Notes: generated by a model from the letters alone, not told the origin. A stretch of 64,000 nucleotides of DNA from Longimicrobiales bacterium (GCA_965238005.1 OZ250165.1:1888001-1952000), one strand, 5' to 3'; positions 19,039-27,871 are shown, counted from the stretch's first letter. Translations and numbers: made by a program.

Positions 19039-19137
19039 CGGCACAATCCTCACAACGCGGCACAGTCCCGGTAGCAAGCAGGGGCTCCGGCCCGGTTCAC
19101 ACTGAACCGCCGGAGCCCCTAAGTCGTTGCCGCTCAG
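19039..19137 (+). repeat. ~100-bp direct repeat, copy 2, abutting the tRNA-Sec 3' end
   Basis: Same sequence as 17371-17469; ends 13 bp from the tRNA CCA end. Confidence 0.92.
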
Positions 19138-19150
19138 GCAACCTCACATA

Positions 19151-19247
19151 TGGCGGGAGCGTGTGGGAATCGAACCCACCAGCCCGGGGTTCAGCCGGGC
19201 GAGCTGGTTTTGAAGACCAGTGGAGCCACCAGACCCCATCCGCCCCC
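19151..19247 (-). tRNA. selC: tRNA-Sec (anticodon UCA)
   Basis: GGGGGCGGATGGGGTCTGGTGGCTCCACTGGTCTTCAAAACCAG...GTGGGTTCGATTCCCACACGCTCCCGCCA: 6-bp D stem with 4-nt loop, CTTCAAA anticodon loop, long variable arm, G discriminator, encoded CCA. Confidence 0.95.
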
Positions 19248-19416
19248 AGTCGTTGTACCGCAAGGGATTCCGGGTATCAGCATCCTCGCCGACCTCCGTA
19301 CAAACCGTCCCCTTCCGCGTAACTTGTCGGCATTTCAAACTTCGGGCAACGCGATCCGGACCCAAGGCTGGGGCCGAGATGCCTCGAGAGTGAGACTGCT
19401 GGTGAAAATGACGCGC

Positions 19417-19448
19417 AGTATACGTACGAGGCCGTGCTGCGGCATGGA
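19417..19448 (+). repeat. Dispersed GTATACGTAC element, copy A (partial)
   Basis: Reverse complement matches 33302-33333 at 31/32. Confidence 0.85.
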
Positions 19449-19518
19449 GAGACACACTGTACCCTAACCCACACCTCGGCTATGTTGCACGCCGCCGCAT
19501 GAATCACAACGGGTCCTT

Positions 19519-20529
19519 ATGGTCTCCACACGCTCCAGAGAACAGGCCACGCCCGCCACGACCGAGCCGGCCCCGATTCGGGGCGCCCGGAATCCCGGCA
19601 CACCGTTCGAGCCGGAGTGGGTTCGGGAGGTCCGCGTCAACCGGAGCGCGGTGGAGCGACGGGCCGCCACCCTGGGCACCCGTCGCAGCGTGAAGAAGGA
19701 GTGGCAGGCGGCTTGGCTCCTCAAGGCGGTCTCGTGCATAGATCTCACCACGCTCGCCGGAGACGACACTCCCGGACGCGTGCGCAGGTTGTGCGCGAAA
19801 GCTCGCCAGCCGGTCCGACAGGATATTCTCGAGGGCCTCGGTGTCGGATCTCTCGGTCTTACCACCGGCGCGGTCTGTGTCTACCACACCATGGTCGAGA
19901 CAGCCGTCCAGGCCTTGCAGGGATCCGGCATCCCCGTCGCTGCGGTGTCCACCGGCTTCCCGGCCGGGCTGAGCCCGTTCGCCCAGCGGGTCGCCGAGAT
20001 CGGCGCTTCGGTGGCCGCGGGTGCAGCCGAGATCGACATCGTCATCACACGGGCCCACGTTCTCGCGGGCGACTGGGAGGCCCTCTACGACGAGGTGAGG
20101 ACCTTCCGGGAAGCGTGCGGGCCGGCACACCTGAAGACGATCCTCGCGACAGGCGAGCTGGGCACGCTGCGGAACGTCTACCGGGCCAGCCTGGTGTGCA
20201 TGATGGCGGGCGCCGACTTCGTGAAGACGTCCACAGGCAAGGAGCCGACCAACGCCACGCTCCCCGTGGGACTCACCATGGCGCGCTCCATCCGGGAGTA
20301 CGGCGAGCGGACCGGTTATCAGGTCGGCTTCAAGCCCGCCGGTGGGATCCGGAAGGCAAAGGAGGCCCTCATCTGGCTGATCCTCATGAAGGAGGAGCTG
20401 GGCAACGCCTGGGTGGAACCGGACCTCTTCCGCTTCGGCGTCAGCTCGCTCCTGGGCGACATCGAGCGCCAGCTCGAGCATCATCTGACCGGACGGTACT
20501 CGGCGGCGCATCGACACCCCCTAGCATGA
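19519..20529 (+). CDS. deoC: Deoxyribose-phosphate aldolase
   Basis: IDLTTLAGDDT, AVCVY, VSTGFPAG, EIDIVI, HLKTILATGEL, DFVKTSTGKE, GFKPAGGI. Confidence 0.95.
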   Translation: MVSTRSREQATPATTEPAPIRGARNPGTPFEPEWVREVRVNRSAVERRAATLGTRRSVKKEWQAAWLLKAVSCIDLTTLAGDDTPGRVRRLCAKARQPVRQDILEGLGVGSLGLTTGAVCVYHTMVETAVQALQGSGIPVAAVSTGFPAGLSPFAQRVAEIGASVAAGAAEIDIVITRAHVLAGDWEALYDEVRTFREACGPAHLKTILATGELGTLRNVYRASLVCMMAGADFVKTSTGKEPTNATLPVGLTMARSIREYGERTGYQVGFKPAGGIRKAKEALIWLILMKEELGNAWVEPDLFRFGVSSLLGDIERQLEHHLTGRYSAAHRHPLA

Positions 20530-20534
20530 TACTG

Positions 20535-20678
20535 GGGCCGTTCAACTGGGATGCAGGGGTAGGAGCTCAAGGAGCCCCGCCGAGGAGTACCAGACGGTAC
20601 TTCGCAGGCGGGGCGACGCGGAGCGACACCCGGGTACCCGCGCCGCTATGGCGTGGGTGGCGCCCAGTTCAACGGCCC
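20535..20678. mobile_element. MITE-like element (144 bp) between deoC and the ALDH gene
   Basis: Terminal inverted repeats GGGCCGTTCAACTGGG / CCCAGTTCAACGGCCC (15/16); internal hairpin ccccgcc-gaggagtacc...ggtacttc-gcaggcgggg. Confidence 0.7.
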
Positions 20679-20686
20679 GACCATAG

Positions 20687-23122
20687 ATGAGCAAGATCGC
20701 GGACATCTTCGAGACCATGGAGTACGGCCCCGCGCCGGAGAGCGTGGAGCTTGTGGAGGAGTGGCTCGATGGATACGGGCGCTCCTTCGATCACTTCATC
20801 GACGGGGCTTGGGTCGCCGGGGCCGACGAGGAGCGATTCGAGACGTTGAGTCCGGCCACCGGTGCGCGCCTCGCGACCATCAGCCAGGGAAGCAGCCAGG
20901 ATGTCGATGGCGCTGTGCAGGCCGCGGCGAATGCGTTCCGCGCGTGGAGTGACCTGGATGGGCACGCCCGAGCCCGATACCTCTACGCCCTGGGTCGGGG
21001 CATCCAGAAGCGGGCCCGCCTCTTCGCCGTCCTGGAGAGCATGGACAACGGCAAGCCCATCCGGGAGTCGCGGGACCTGGATATCCCACTGGTGGCCCGC
21101 CACTTCTACCACCACGCTGGATGGGCCCAGCTTCGGGACGAGGCCCTACCTGGCTACGGCCCCGTGGGCGTGGTGGGCCAGATCATTCCGTGGAACTTCC
21201 CCTTGCTCATGCTTTCATGGAAGATCGCCCCGGCCCTGGCCATGGGAAACACGCTGGTCCTGAAGCCGGCCGAGTTCACGTCTCTGACGGCCCTACTCTT
21301 CGCCGAGCTCTGCCAGGATGTGGGCCTCCCACCGGGGGTGGTCAACGTCGTGACGGGCGACGGCGAGACCGGAGCGGCCCTGGTGGAGCATCCCGACGTG
21401 CACAAGATCGCCTTCACGGGATCCACCGAGGTGGGCCGGATCATCCGGGCTGCGACGGCGGGGAGCGGCAAGAAGATATCACTCGAGCTCGGTGGCAAGT
21501 CGCCCTTCGTCGTCTACGAGGACGCCGATCTCGACAGCGTCGTCGAGGGCGTGGTGGACGCCATCTGGTTCAACCAAGGCCAGGTGTGCTGCGCCGGCTC
21601 CCGCATCCTGGTCCAGGAAGGCATCGCAGAGACGCTCGAGCGCAAGCTCCGGGCCCGCATGGAAACCCTTCGCATGGGGGATCCGCTCGACAAGTCCGTG
21701 GACCTGGGTGCCATCGTCGCTCCTGTCCAACTGGAGAAGATCCGGGCCCTCGTCGAGCAGGGGAAGGCGGAGGGCGCTCGGATCTGGCAGCCGTCCTGGG
21801 CAACCCCCAGAGAGGGATGGTTCTATCCGCCTACCCTCTGCACCGACGTAAGCCCTTCGTCCACGATCGCGCGGGTCGAGATCTTCGGGCCCGTGGTCGT
21901 CATGATGAGCTTCCGCACGCCCAAGGAGTCGGTGGAGTTGGCCAACGACACGCGCTACGGGTTGGCGGCCAGCATCTGGACGGAGAGCGTGAACCTCGCC
22001 CTCGGCATCGCCCCCAAGCTCAAGGCCGGGACGATCTGGGTGAACTGTACCAACCTGTTCGACGCCGCCTCGGGCTTCGGCGGATACCGGGAGAGCGGAT
22101 ACGGGAGAGAGGGCGGCAAGGAGGGGCTCTGGGAGTACGTGACGCCGGTCGGCGGGAAGGATGGCCCGCGGGACCGGCCGTATGGTCCCAGGACCTCCGA
22201 CCAGTCGGGACTATTGGATCCCGCGGAGGCGGGACCGTCGGCCTCGGCCGGCGGTGACCGTGGGAAGACCCCGGCCATTGATCGGACCACCAAGCTGTAC
22301 GTGGGCGGCAAACAGGTCCGAGCCGACGGGGACTACAGCTTGCTGGTCCGTGGGAAGGACGGAACCATCATCGGCGAAGTGCCCCGGGGAAATCGAAAGG
22401 ACATCCGCAATGCGGTCGAGGCGGCCCATAAGGGAGCCGGGCTGTGGACGCCCAGGACCTCGCACAACCGGGCCCAAGTCCTCTACTACCTGGCGGAGAA
22501 TCTCTCGATTCGCCAGGACGAGTTCCGTGACCGCCTCCAGCGGATGACGGGAATCCGTAAGAAGGTCGCCCAGGCGGAGGTGGACCTCACGCTCCGACGG
22601 CTCTTCACCTACGCCGCCTGGGCTGACAAGTACGACGGCCTGGTGCACCACACGCCGTTCCGGAACGTCACGCTGGCCATGCCCGAGCCCATCGGCGTGG
22701 TGGCCGTCGTATGTCCCGACGAGGCACCGCTCCTGGCCTTCGTCTCCCTGGTGGCTCCCCTGCTGGCCATGGGGAACGCCGTCGTCGCCGTCCCCTCCGA
22801 GCGCTGGCCCCTCCTGGCAGCACACCTCTATCAGGTCCTTGAGACGTCGGATGTCCCCGGGGGCGCCCTGAACATCGTGACCGGGCTCCGGCAGGAGCTG
22901 GCCCCGGTCCTGGCCGCCCACGACGACGTGGACGGCATGTGGTTCATGGGTGACGCCTCGGGCAGCGAAGACGTCGAGCGGCTGTCCACAGGCAACATGA
23001 AGCGGACGTGGGTCAGCTACGGAATGCACCGGGACTGGTGGAGCGCCGAGCACGGCGAAGGCGAAGAGTTCCTGAGGCAGGCCACACAGATCAAGAACAT
23101 CTGGGTCCCCTACGGGGAATAG
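20687..23122 (+). CDS. Aldehyde dehydrogenase with extra C-terminal ALDH-like domain (ALDH16 type)
   Basis: IIPWNFPL, FTGSTEVG, LELGGKSP, FNQGQVCCAG, EIFGPV; second Rossmann-like domain without the catalytic motif; ends KNIWVPYGE. Confidence 0.9.
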   Translation: MSKIADIFETMEYGPAPESVELVEEWLDGYGRSFDHFIDGAWVAGADEERFETLSPATGARLATISQGSSQDVDGAVQAAANAFRAWSDLDGHARARYLYALGRGIQKRARLFAVLESMDNGKPIRESRDLDIPLVARHFYHHAGWAQLRDEALPGYGPVGVVGQIIPWNFPLLMLSWKIAPALAMGNTLVLKPAEFTSLTALLFAELCQDVGLPPGVVNVVTGDGETGAALVEHPDVHKIAFTGSTEVGRIIRAATAGSGKKISLELGGKSPFVVYEDADLDSVVEGVVDAIWFNQGQVCCAGSRILVQEGIAETLERKLRARMETLRMGDPLDKSVDLGAIVAPVQLEKIRALVEQGKAEGARIWQPSWATPREGWFYPPTLCTDVSPSSTIARVEIFGPVVVMMSFRTPKESVELANDTRYGLAASIWTESVNLALGIAPKLKAGTIWVNCTNLFDAASGFGGYRESGYGREGGKEGLWEYVTPVGGKDGPRDRPYGPRTSDQSGLLDPAEAGPSASAGGDRGKTPAIDRTTKLYVGGKQVRADGDYSLLVRGKDGTIIGEVPRGNRKDIRNAVEAAHKGAGLWTPRTSHNRAQVLYYLAENLSIRQDEFRDRLQRMTGIRKKVAQAEVDLTLRRLFTYAAWADKYDGLVHHTPFRNVTLAMPEPIGVVAVVCPDEAPLLAFVSLVAPLLAMGNAVVAVPSERWPLLAAHLYQVLETSDVPGGALNIVTGLRQELAPVLAAHDDVDGMWFMGDASGSEDVERLSTGNMKRTWVSYGMHRDWWSAEHGEGEEFLRQATQIKNIWVPYGE

Positions 23123-23154
23123 CCCGGGGCGGTCTCGCACCGCCACAGTACGCC

Positions 23155-23333
23155 TTACCTGCGGTTGCGAAGCTCCGACTGCCTCAGGGTCTCCAGGATC
23201 AGGAGCTCCAGCCGGTCCCCCGAGTGCGCGAGAACCGGCACCCTGTCGTAGCGCAACCCACCCGGGATCTGCAGGCGTGCGCGCCGATCCCCAGGACGAA
23301 GAACAGAGGACCGTACATCGCGAAGCGCTTCAT
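23155..23333 (-). pseudogene. Collapsed lipoprotein gene, paralogue of the upstream lipoprotein
   Basis: ATG 23333 (ATGA overlap) gives MKRFAMYGPLFFVLGIGAHAC, then in another frame LQIPGGLRYDRVPVLAHSGDRLELLI, which resembles the neighbour's C-terminus (VYPGDHIELLI). Confidence 0.6.
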
Positions 23334-23719
23334 GGTGCGCCAAACCGAGAATCGGTGGGCAGGATTAATGGGATAAGAAGCTCGATGTGGTCGCCGGGAT
23401 AGACCAGCTGCCGGACCGTGGTGAAGCCCCGCTCGCCCATCACCCGCACCCTCAGACTGAGGTCGTCCGACCTGGGCCACCGGACCGAGAACGTCTTACG
23501 CAACCTGCCGTTCACCACGCCCAGGCGCCGCTGGCCGGAGATGGACAGCATCCAGATCGTGGCCTGGTTGAAGTTCAGGTTGTCGACCTCGATGAAGATC
23601 ATGCCTTTAGTCGTGCCCGTGAACGGGTCACCACGCCCGAACCCAGAGCACCCCGTGATCCCCACTAGGAGGATCAGGGCGGCAACTCTCACGTCCGGAA
23701 GCAGCCTTCTCATGTCCAT
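23330..23719 (-). CDS. Hypothetical lipoprotein
   Basis: ITGC lipobox, IEVDNLNFNQATIW, RRLGVV. Confidence 0.72.
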   Translation of the reverse strand: MDMRRLLPDVRVAALILLVGITGCSGFGRGDPFTGTTKGMIFIEVDNLNFNQATIWMLSISGQRRLGVVNGRLRKTFSVRWPRSDDLSLRVRVMGERGFTTVRQLVYPGDHIELLIPLILPTDSRFGAP

Positions 23720-23915
23720 CAGCTCATGTCCATCAGCGGGCCCTCTTGCTGCGTGATGATCTTCTCCGCTTCGATGGGCTCCATGTCAATCGAGCGTAGA
23801 AGCTCCTTCAGCCTCACCAGATCCTGTTGGACGATCAGCGTCAGCTGTTCGAGCTCCAGGTTCAGCTTTGCGGAGAGCATTTCGAAGATGCTTCCCCAGC
23901 CGGCCCAGGTCATGC
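23719..23915 (-). pseudogene. C-terminal tail remnant of a large protein (resembles VPS10/BNR glycosyl-hydrolase C-terminal helices)
   Basis: IFEMLSAKLNLELEQLTLIVQQDLVRLKELLR; no upstream body even when the IS3 is removed. Confidence 0.45.
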
Positions 23916-24042
23916 CTCTGGAGCTGTCCCGTTTCAGTGGACGGGTGAACACTGAGGTTTATAGTCTGTCCCCCTCGCTGGGGAGAGGAAAGCTTCCCCC
24001 GCGCAGCGGGGGAGTAAAGGGCAACTTGGCCACGCAGGTTTC

Positions 24043-24894
24043 TCATGCTGCCGCTCCGTGGCGACGCTCGAAGTTGATGGGCGACAGCTGACCCAGTGCC
24101 GAGTGTCGCCTCCGGGGGTTGTAGAAGCCCTCGATGAAGTCGAACACGGCCATCTTCGCCTCGGCCTGGGTCCGGAAGCGCTGCCGGTCGAGTAGCTCGC
24201 ACTCGAGCGTCGCGAAGAAGCTCTCGCACATCGCGTTGTCGTAGGCGTCGCCCACGGAGCCCATCGAGGGCCGCACACCGACATCGTTGCAGCGTAGGCC
24301 GAAGGCGATCGAGGTGTACTGGGTTCCCTGATCACTGTGATGGATGACGCATTCGGGCCGGCGCTGCCAGGTCGCCATGTTCAGCGCGTCCAGGACGAGC
24401 TCGGTGCGCAGGTGCGTAGCCATCGACCACCCGACCACCCGCCTGCTCCAGACGTCGAGCACAACCGCGAGGTACAAGAACCCCGCCCAGGTCGGGATGT
24501 AGGTGATGTCGGCCACCCACAACTGGTCTGGCCCGTCTGCGCTGAAGTCCCGCTCGATGAGATCCGGCGCGGGACGGGCGTCCTCGTTGCGCCTGGTCGT
24601 CTTCGGGCCGCGCCGCCTCCGGCTAGCTCCCACAATCTCGGCCTGCTTCATGAGCCGGCCCACCCGCTTCTCACCGACCCGCTCGCCAGCTTCCTTGAGG
24701 TCCGCGTAGATGCGGGGCCGGCCATAGACCCTTCGGTTCTCGCGCCAGACCGTCTCGATCCGCTCTGTGAGCTCCTCATCTCGCTTCGCCCGAGCCGAAG
24801 GCTCGCGATCCAACCAGGCGTAGTAGCCGCTGGGGGAGAGATCCAGCACACGGCACATCGCCCGCACAGGGAAGTCGGCCTGATTCGTCTTCAT
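24043..24894 (-). CDS. IS3 transposase OrfB (DDE)
   Basis: WVADITYI, HHSDQGTQY, DNAMCESFFATLECE, YNPRRRHSALG. Confidence 0.95.
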   Translation of the reverse strand: MKTNQADFPVRAMCRVLDLSPSGYYAWLDREPSARAKRDEELTERIETVWRENRRVYGRPRIYADLKEAGERVGEKRVGRLMKQAEIVGASRRRRGPKTTRRNEDARPAPDLIERDFSADGPDQLWVADITYIPTWAGFLYLAVVLDVWSRRVVGWSMATHLRTELVLDALNMATWQRRPECVIHHSDQGTQYTSIAFGLRCNDVGVRPSMGSVGDAYDNAMCESFFATLECELLDRQRFRTQAEAKMAVFDFIEGFYNPRRRHSALGQLSPINFERRHGAAA

Positions 24895-25205
24895 GAACTC
24901 GAACCCCGTTCCGGGATCGAGTTGCTCTCCCGAGCAAACCAGGCGGCGGCTTTTTTTAGAATCTCCTGCTCCATGCGCAGACGCTTGTTGTCACGCCGAA
25001 GCTGCCTGAGTTCCCCACGCTCCTCCGTCGTCAGCCCGTCACTGCGACGGCCTTCATCCAAGTCAGCTTGTTTGACCCAGTTCCGTATCGCCCCGTTTGA
25101 GGGCTCGAACTCCCGGGCCAGCTCCTCCACGGAGCGGCCCGACCTGACCAACTCGACCATCTGCCGCCGAAACTCCGGCGGGTACGGCGCATGTGTTCTT
25201 GGCAT
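24891..25205 (-). CDS. IS3 transposase OrfA (HTH), fused to OrfB by a -1 frameshift
   Basis: YPPEFRRQMVELV...EILKKAAAWF; A AAA AAG slippery site at 24956-24950. Confidence 0.93.
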   Translation of the reverse strand: MPRTHAPYPPEFRRQMVELVRSGRSVEELAREFEPSNGAIRNWVKQADLDEGRRSDGLTTEERGELRQLRRDNKRLRMEQEILKKAAAWFARESNSIPERGSSS

Positions 25206-25264
25206 CGTGGACTCCTCCTGTCTCCCTCACTACTGAGGTGTCCACCAAAGCGGGTCAACTCCAC

Positions 25265-25651
25265 TCAGCCCCTTCGGGCGATCACGTCGATCTCCACATC
25301 CACGGCCTTCGGGAGGCCCGCGGCCTGTACCGTCGCCCGGGCCGGCCGGTGATTACCGAAGTGCTCGGCGTACACGGCGTTCATCTCCGTAAACGTGCCC
25401 ATGTCGGCCAGGTAGACGGTGGTCTTCACCACGTTGCTCAGGGAGCTGCCCGCCTCGCGGAGCACCGCAGCGAGGTTGCTCAAGACCTGTTGGGTCTGGG
25501 CGGCCACGTCCCCGTCGATCAACTCGCCCGTCGCGGGGTCGATGGGTATCTGTCCCGAAGCGAACACCCACTCGTCGACGACCACCGCCTGTGAGTACGG
25601 GCCTATGGCCTCGGGGGCGTCGGGGGTGTGGATCATCTTCAAGTCACTCAT
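25265..25651 (-). CDS. ridA: RidA family enamine/imine deaminase
   Basis: APEAIGPYSQA, ASGQIP, VVKTTVYL, PARATV, LPK..VEID. Confidence 0.9.
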   Translation of the reverse strand: MSDLKMIHTPDAPEAIGPYSQAVVVDEWVFASGQIPIDPATGELIDGDVAAQTQQVLSNLAAVLREAGSSLSNVVKTTVYLADMGTFTEMNAVYAEHFGNHRPARATVQAAGLPKAVDVEIDVIARRG

Positions 25652-25724
25652 CGGATCATCGTCAAGTTATTCATCCGGTAACACCCCCTAACGAGTTGTC
25701 GTGAATATATTTAGACAGTTTCGT

Positions 25725-26717
25725 TCACCCGGCGAAGGTCTCCTCGGCGTGAGCGAGAATCTCGGACGGGATCACCGTCGCCACACCCGCCTTCGCCACC
25801 TCGAGGGCCGCCGCGTGGTTGGCCAAGATAGCGGATTCCAGCGCCGTCCCGCCTGCCGCCAGACACACGCCGAGAACCGCCGTCACCGTGTCCCCGGCCC
25901 CGGAAACGTCGTACACCGAGCGCGCCGAGGTCGGCAGGAGTACTGTCTCGGCTCCCTCCGAGTGAAGCGCCATGCCCTGCTCGCCCAAAGTGAGCAGAAG
26001 ATGGTGGCACGCCAGGCGGTCCCGAACCGCCTCCATCCAGGTCGCGTCGTAGGGCCGCAGAGGTTCGCCCAGGGCGTCCTCCAGCTCCTTGGCGTTGGGC
26101 TTGAACACCGTGACGCCCGGATACTCGAAGAAGCGCTGGCGCTTCGGGTCCACGACGGATGGGATGTCCGACTCTGCGGCGGCAGTCACGACCGCCGTCA
26201 CCACCGAAGGCACCAGGACGCCTTTGTTGTAGTCCTGTATCGCGACGGCCGAGCATGCGCTCGACAGCCTGCGGGCCGCCTCCGCCAGCCGGTCCGCCGT
26301 CTCCTCATCGATGTCGCCGACCTGCTCACGGTCCACCCGGACGACCTGCTGATGGCGGGCCATGACCCGCGTCTTCACGGTCGTGGGACGCTGCGGGGCC
26401 GCCACGAGCCCATCGAGGTCGACGCCCAGCTCCGCCAGCTCGCCTCTGAGCTCCCGGCCCGCCTCGTCGACGCCCACACAGCCCACTACGGCGCACCCGG
26501 CCCCCAGCGCCACCACGTTCGCGGCGACGTTGGCCGCGCCTCCCACAGCCGACGAGTCTTCCTCGACGTGCACCACCGGGACCGGGGCCTCGGGCGAGAT
26601 GCGCGCCACCCGACCCGAGATGTACCGATCCAGCATCACGTCGCCCACCACCAGGACCCGGACGTCCCGGGCCATCTCCAGGAGCTCGGCTATGCGGTCA
26701 ACGCCGAGTCGGTTCAA
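25725..26717 (-). CDS. rfaE1: D-glycero-beta-D-manno-heptose-7-phosphate kinase (stand-alone RfaE domain I)
   Basis: VGDVMLDRY, RISPEAPVPVV, GGAANVA, DYNKG, VYDVSGAGDTV. Start TTG 26717 (TTGA overlap). Confidence 0.92.
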   Translation of the reverse strand: MNRLGVDRIAELLEMARDVRVLVVGDVMLDRYISGRVARISPEAPVPVVHVEEDSSAVGGAANVAANVVALGAGCAVVGCVGVDEAGRELRGELAELGVDLDGLVAAPQRPTTVKTRVMARHQQVVRVDREQVGDIDEETADRLAEAARRLSSACSAVAIQDYNKGVLVPSVVTAVVTAAAESDIPSVVDPKRQRFFEYPGVTVFKPNAKELEDALGEPLRPYDATWMEAVRDRLACHHLLLTLGEQGMALHSEGAETVLLPTSARSVYDVSGAGDTVTAVLGVCLAAGGTALESAILANHAAALEVAKAGVATVIPSEILAHAEETFAG

Positions 26718-27850
26718 GTCGCCTGCTCCGCCGCCATCGGTTTGGCGGCGGCGCTGAACGGCTGCCGTCCCCGGGCCTCGAGGGGCCAGCGCTCCAGCGC
26801 TCCGTCGACCAGGACCAGTAGCTCGTCCTGAAGATTCACGGACACGCACACGTGGTTGGGGAGCACTCGAACCAGCTCTCCCACCTCGGGACGCCAGTCG
26901 CTCCTGTTGAGGTCGAGGACGCCGTGCTCCTCCGAGACTGCCTTGAGGACCACTTCGGGGTGGTCCAGGAGAACACCGAACCCCTCATCCCCTCCCCTGC
27001 CCTCCTTCGCCAGGGCTTTGGAGCCCGCGTCGATGACGGCCTGGCCCCGTATCGACGTGCTCACCACCGTGGCCAGGACCGTGTAGGCCATGTCCTCGGA
27101 ATCGGCGACACCGATGGTGAGACCCTCTCGATCGAAGAAGATGGCCGTCCCGCTCCGGATCTCCGTGAGACCCGGCAGCTCGTGGCTGCGCCACAGGGTC
27201 GGCGTGGAGCCACCGCTCACCACCTCCGGTGACAGCCCCGCCCCCTCCAGAGCCTCGTAGAGCTCCCGGAGGTCGGAAGCCAGGACCTCGAGCTCGGCGT
27301 CCTGCCCATCCTGGGGTCCACGGATGTGGCCCGGGTAGAACATGAGCCCCACATACTCGACCCCCTCGAAGTCCCGAACCCGGCTTGCCAGACGGACGGC
27401 ATCTTCTTTGGTCTCCAGGCCCACACGGTTCATGCCCAGGTCGACTTCCACCAGAATCCTGACGGATCGTCCCGCTCGCCGAGCCGCGGCGGCCACGGCC
27501 CTCAGGGCCGCCTCCGAGTCGAGCCCCACGGAGAGCCGCACACGCTCCGGTATGGCCATGACCCGATCCAGCTTCGAGTCCCCCATGACGGGATAGGCCA
27601 GAAGCAGGTCGTCGCACACCGTGGACATGACCTCCGCCTCCCGGGGCGTGGCCACCGTCAGGCCCTGTACTCCGGCCTCGACTTGGAGGCGGGCCAGACG
27701 GGTGCACTTGTGCGTCTTGATGTGGGGACACCACGAAATGTCGTGCTCACGGCAGTAGGCGACTACCCGCTCAAGATTGGCCCTGACCTTGGCGAGGTCG
27801 GCGACCCCGACCGGGGTCTCGACGGCTGCCAACGAGGAATGAACGGACAT
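26714..27850 (-). CDS. Fold-type III PLP enzyme, DSD1/D-threonine aldolase family
   Basis: PHIKTHK, VEVDLGMNRVG, FYPGH, SGGSTPT, IDAGSKAL, SEEHG, PNHVC. Start ATG 27850. Confidence 0.88.
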   Translation of the reverse strand: MSVHSSLAAVETPVGVADLAKVRANLERVVAYCREHDISWCPHIKTHKCTRLARLQVEAGVQGLTVATPREAEVMSTVCDDLLLAYPVMGDSKLDRVMAIPERVRLSVGLDSEAALRAVAAAARRAGRSVRILVEVDLGMNRVGLETKEDAVRLASRVRDFEGVEYVGLMFYPGHIRGPQDGQDAELEVLASDLRELYEALEGAGLSPEVVSGGSTPTLWRSHELPGLTEIRSGTAIFFDREGLTIGVADSEDMAYTVLATVVSTSIRGQAVIDAGSKALAKEGRGGDEGFGVLLDHPEVVLKAVSEEHGVLDLNRSDWRPEVGELVRVLPNHVCVSVNLQDELLVLVDGALERWPLEARGRQPFSAAAKPMAAEQAT

Positions 27851-27871
27851 AGGCGTCGCCCGGAACCCCTC

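Larger units (their letters stand above)
23919..25263 (-). mobile_element. Complete IS3-family element (1345 bp) with 3-bp target duplication CTC
   Basis: Inverted ends TGGAGTTGACCCGCTTTGGTGGAC (25263) and TGGAGCTGTCCCGTTTCAGTGGAC (23919); CTC at 23916-18 and 25264-66. Confidence 0.95.

Noticed and set aside
17371..19137. The 100-bp repeats considered as integron attC sites
   Set aside because: No convincing RYYYAAC/GTTRRRY core pair, the hairpin lacks attC-type organisation and no intI is present; tRNA adjacency fits att arms better.
25652..25724. A/T-rich spacer before ridA as a LexA or other operator
   Set aside because: No clear palindrome or consensus match; may just be a promoter.
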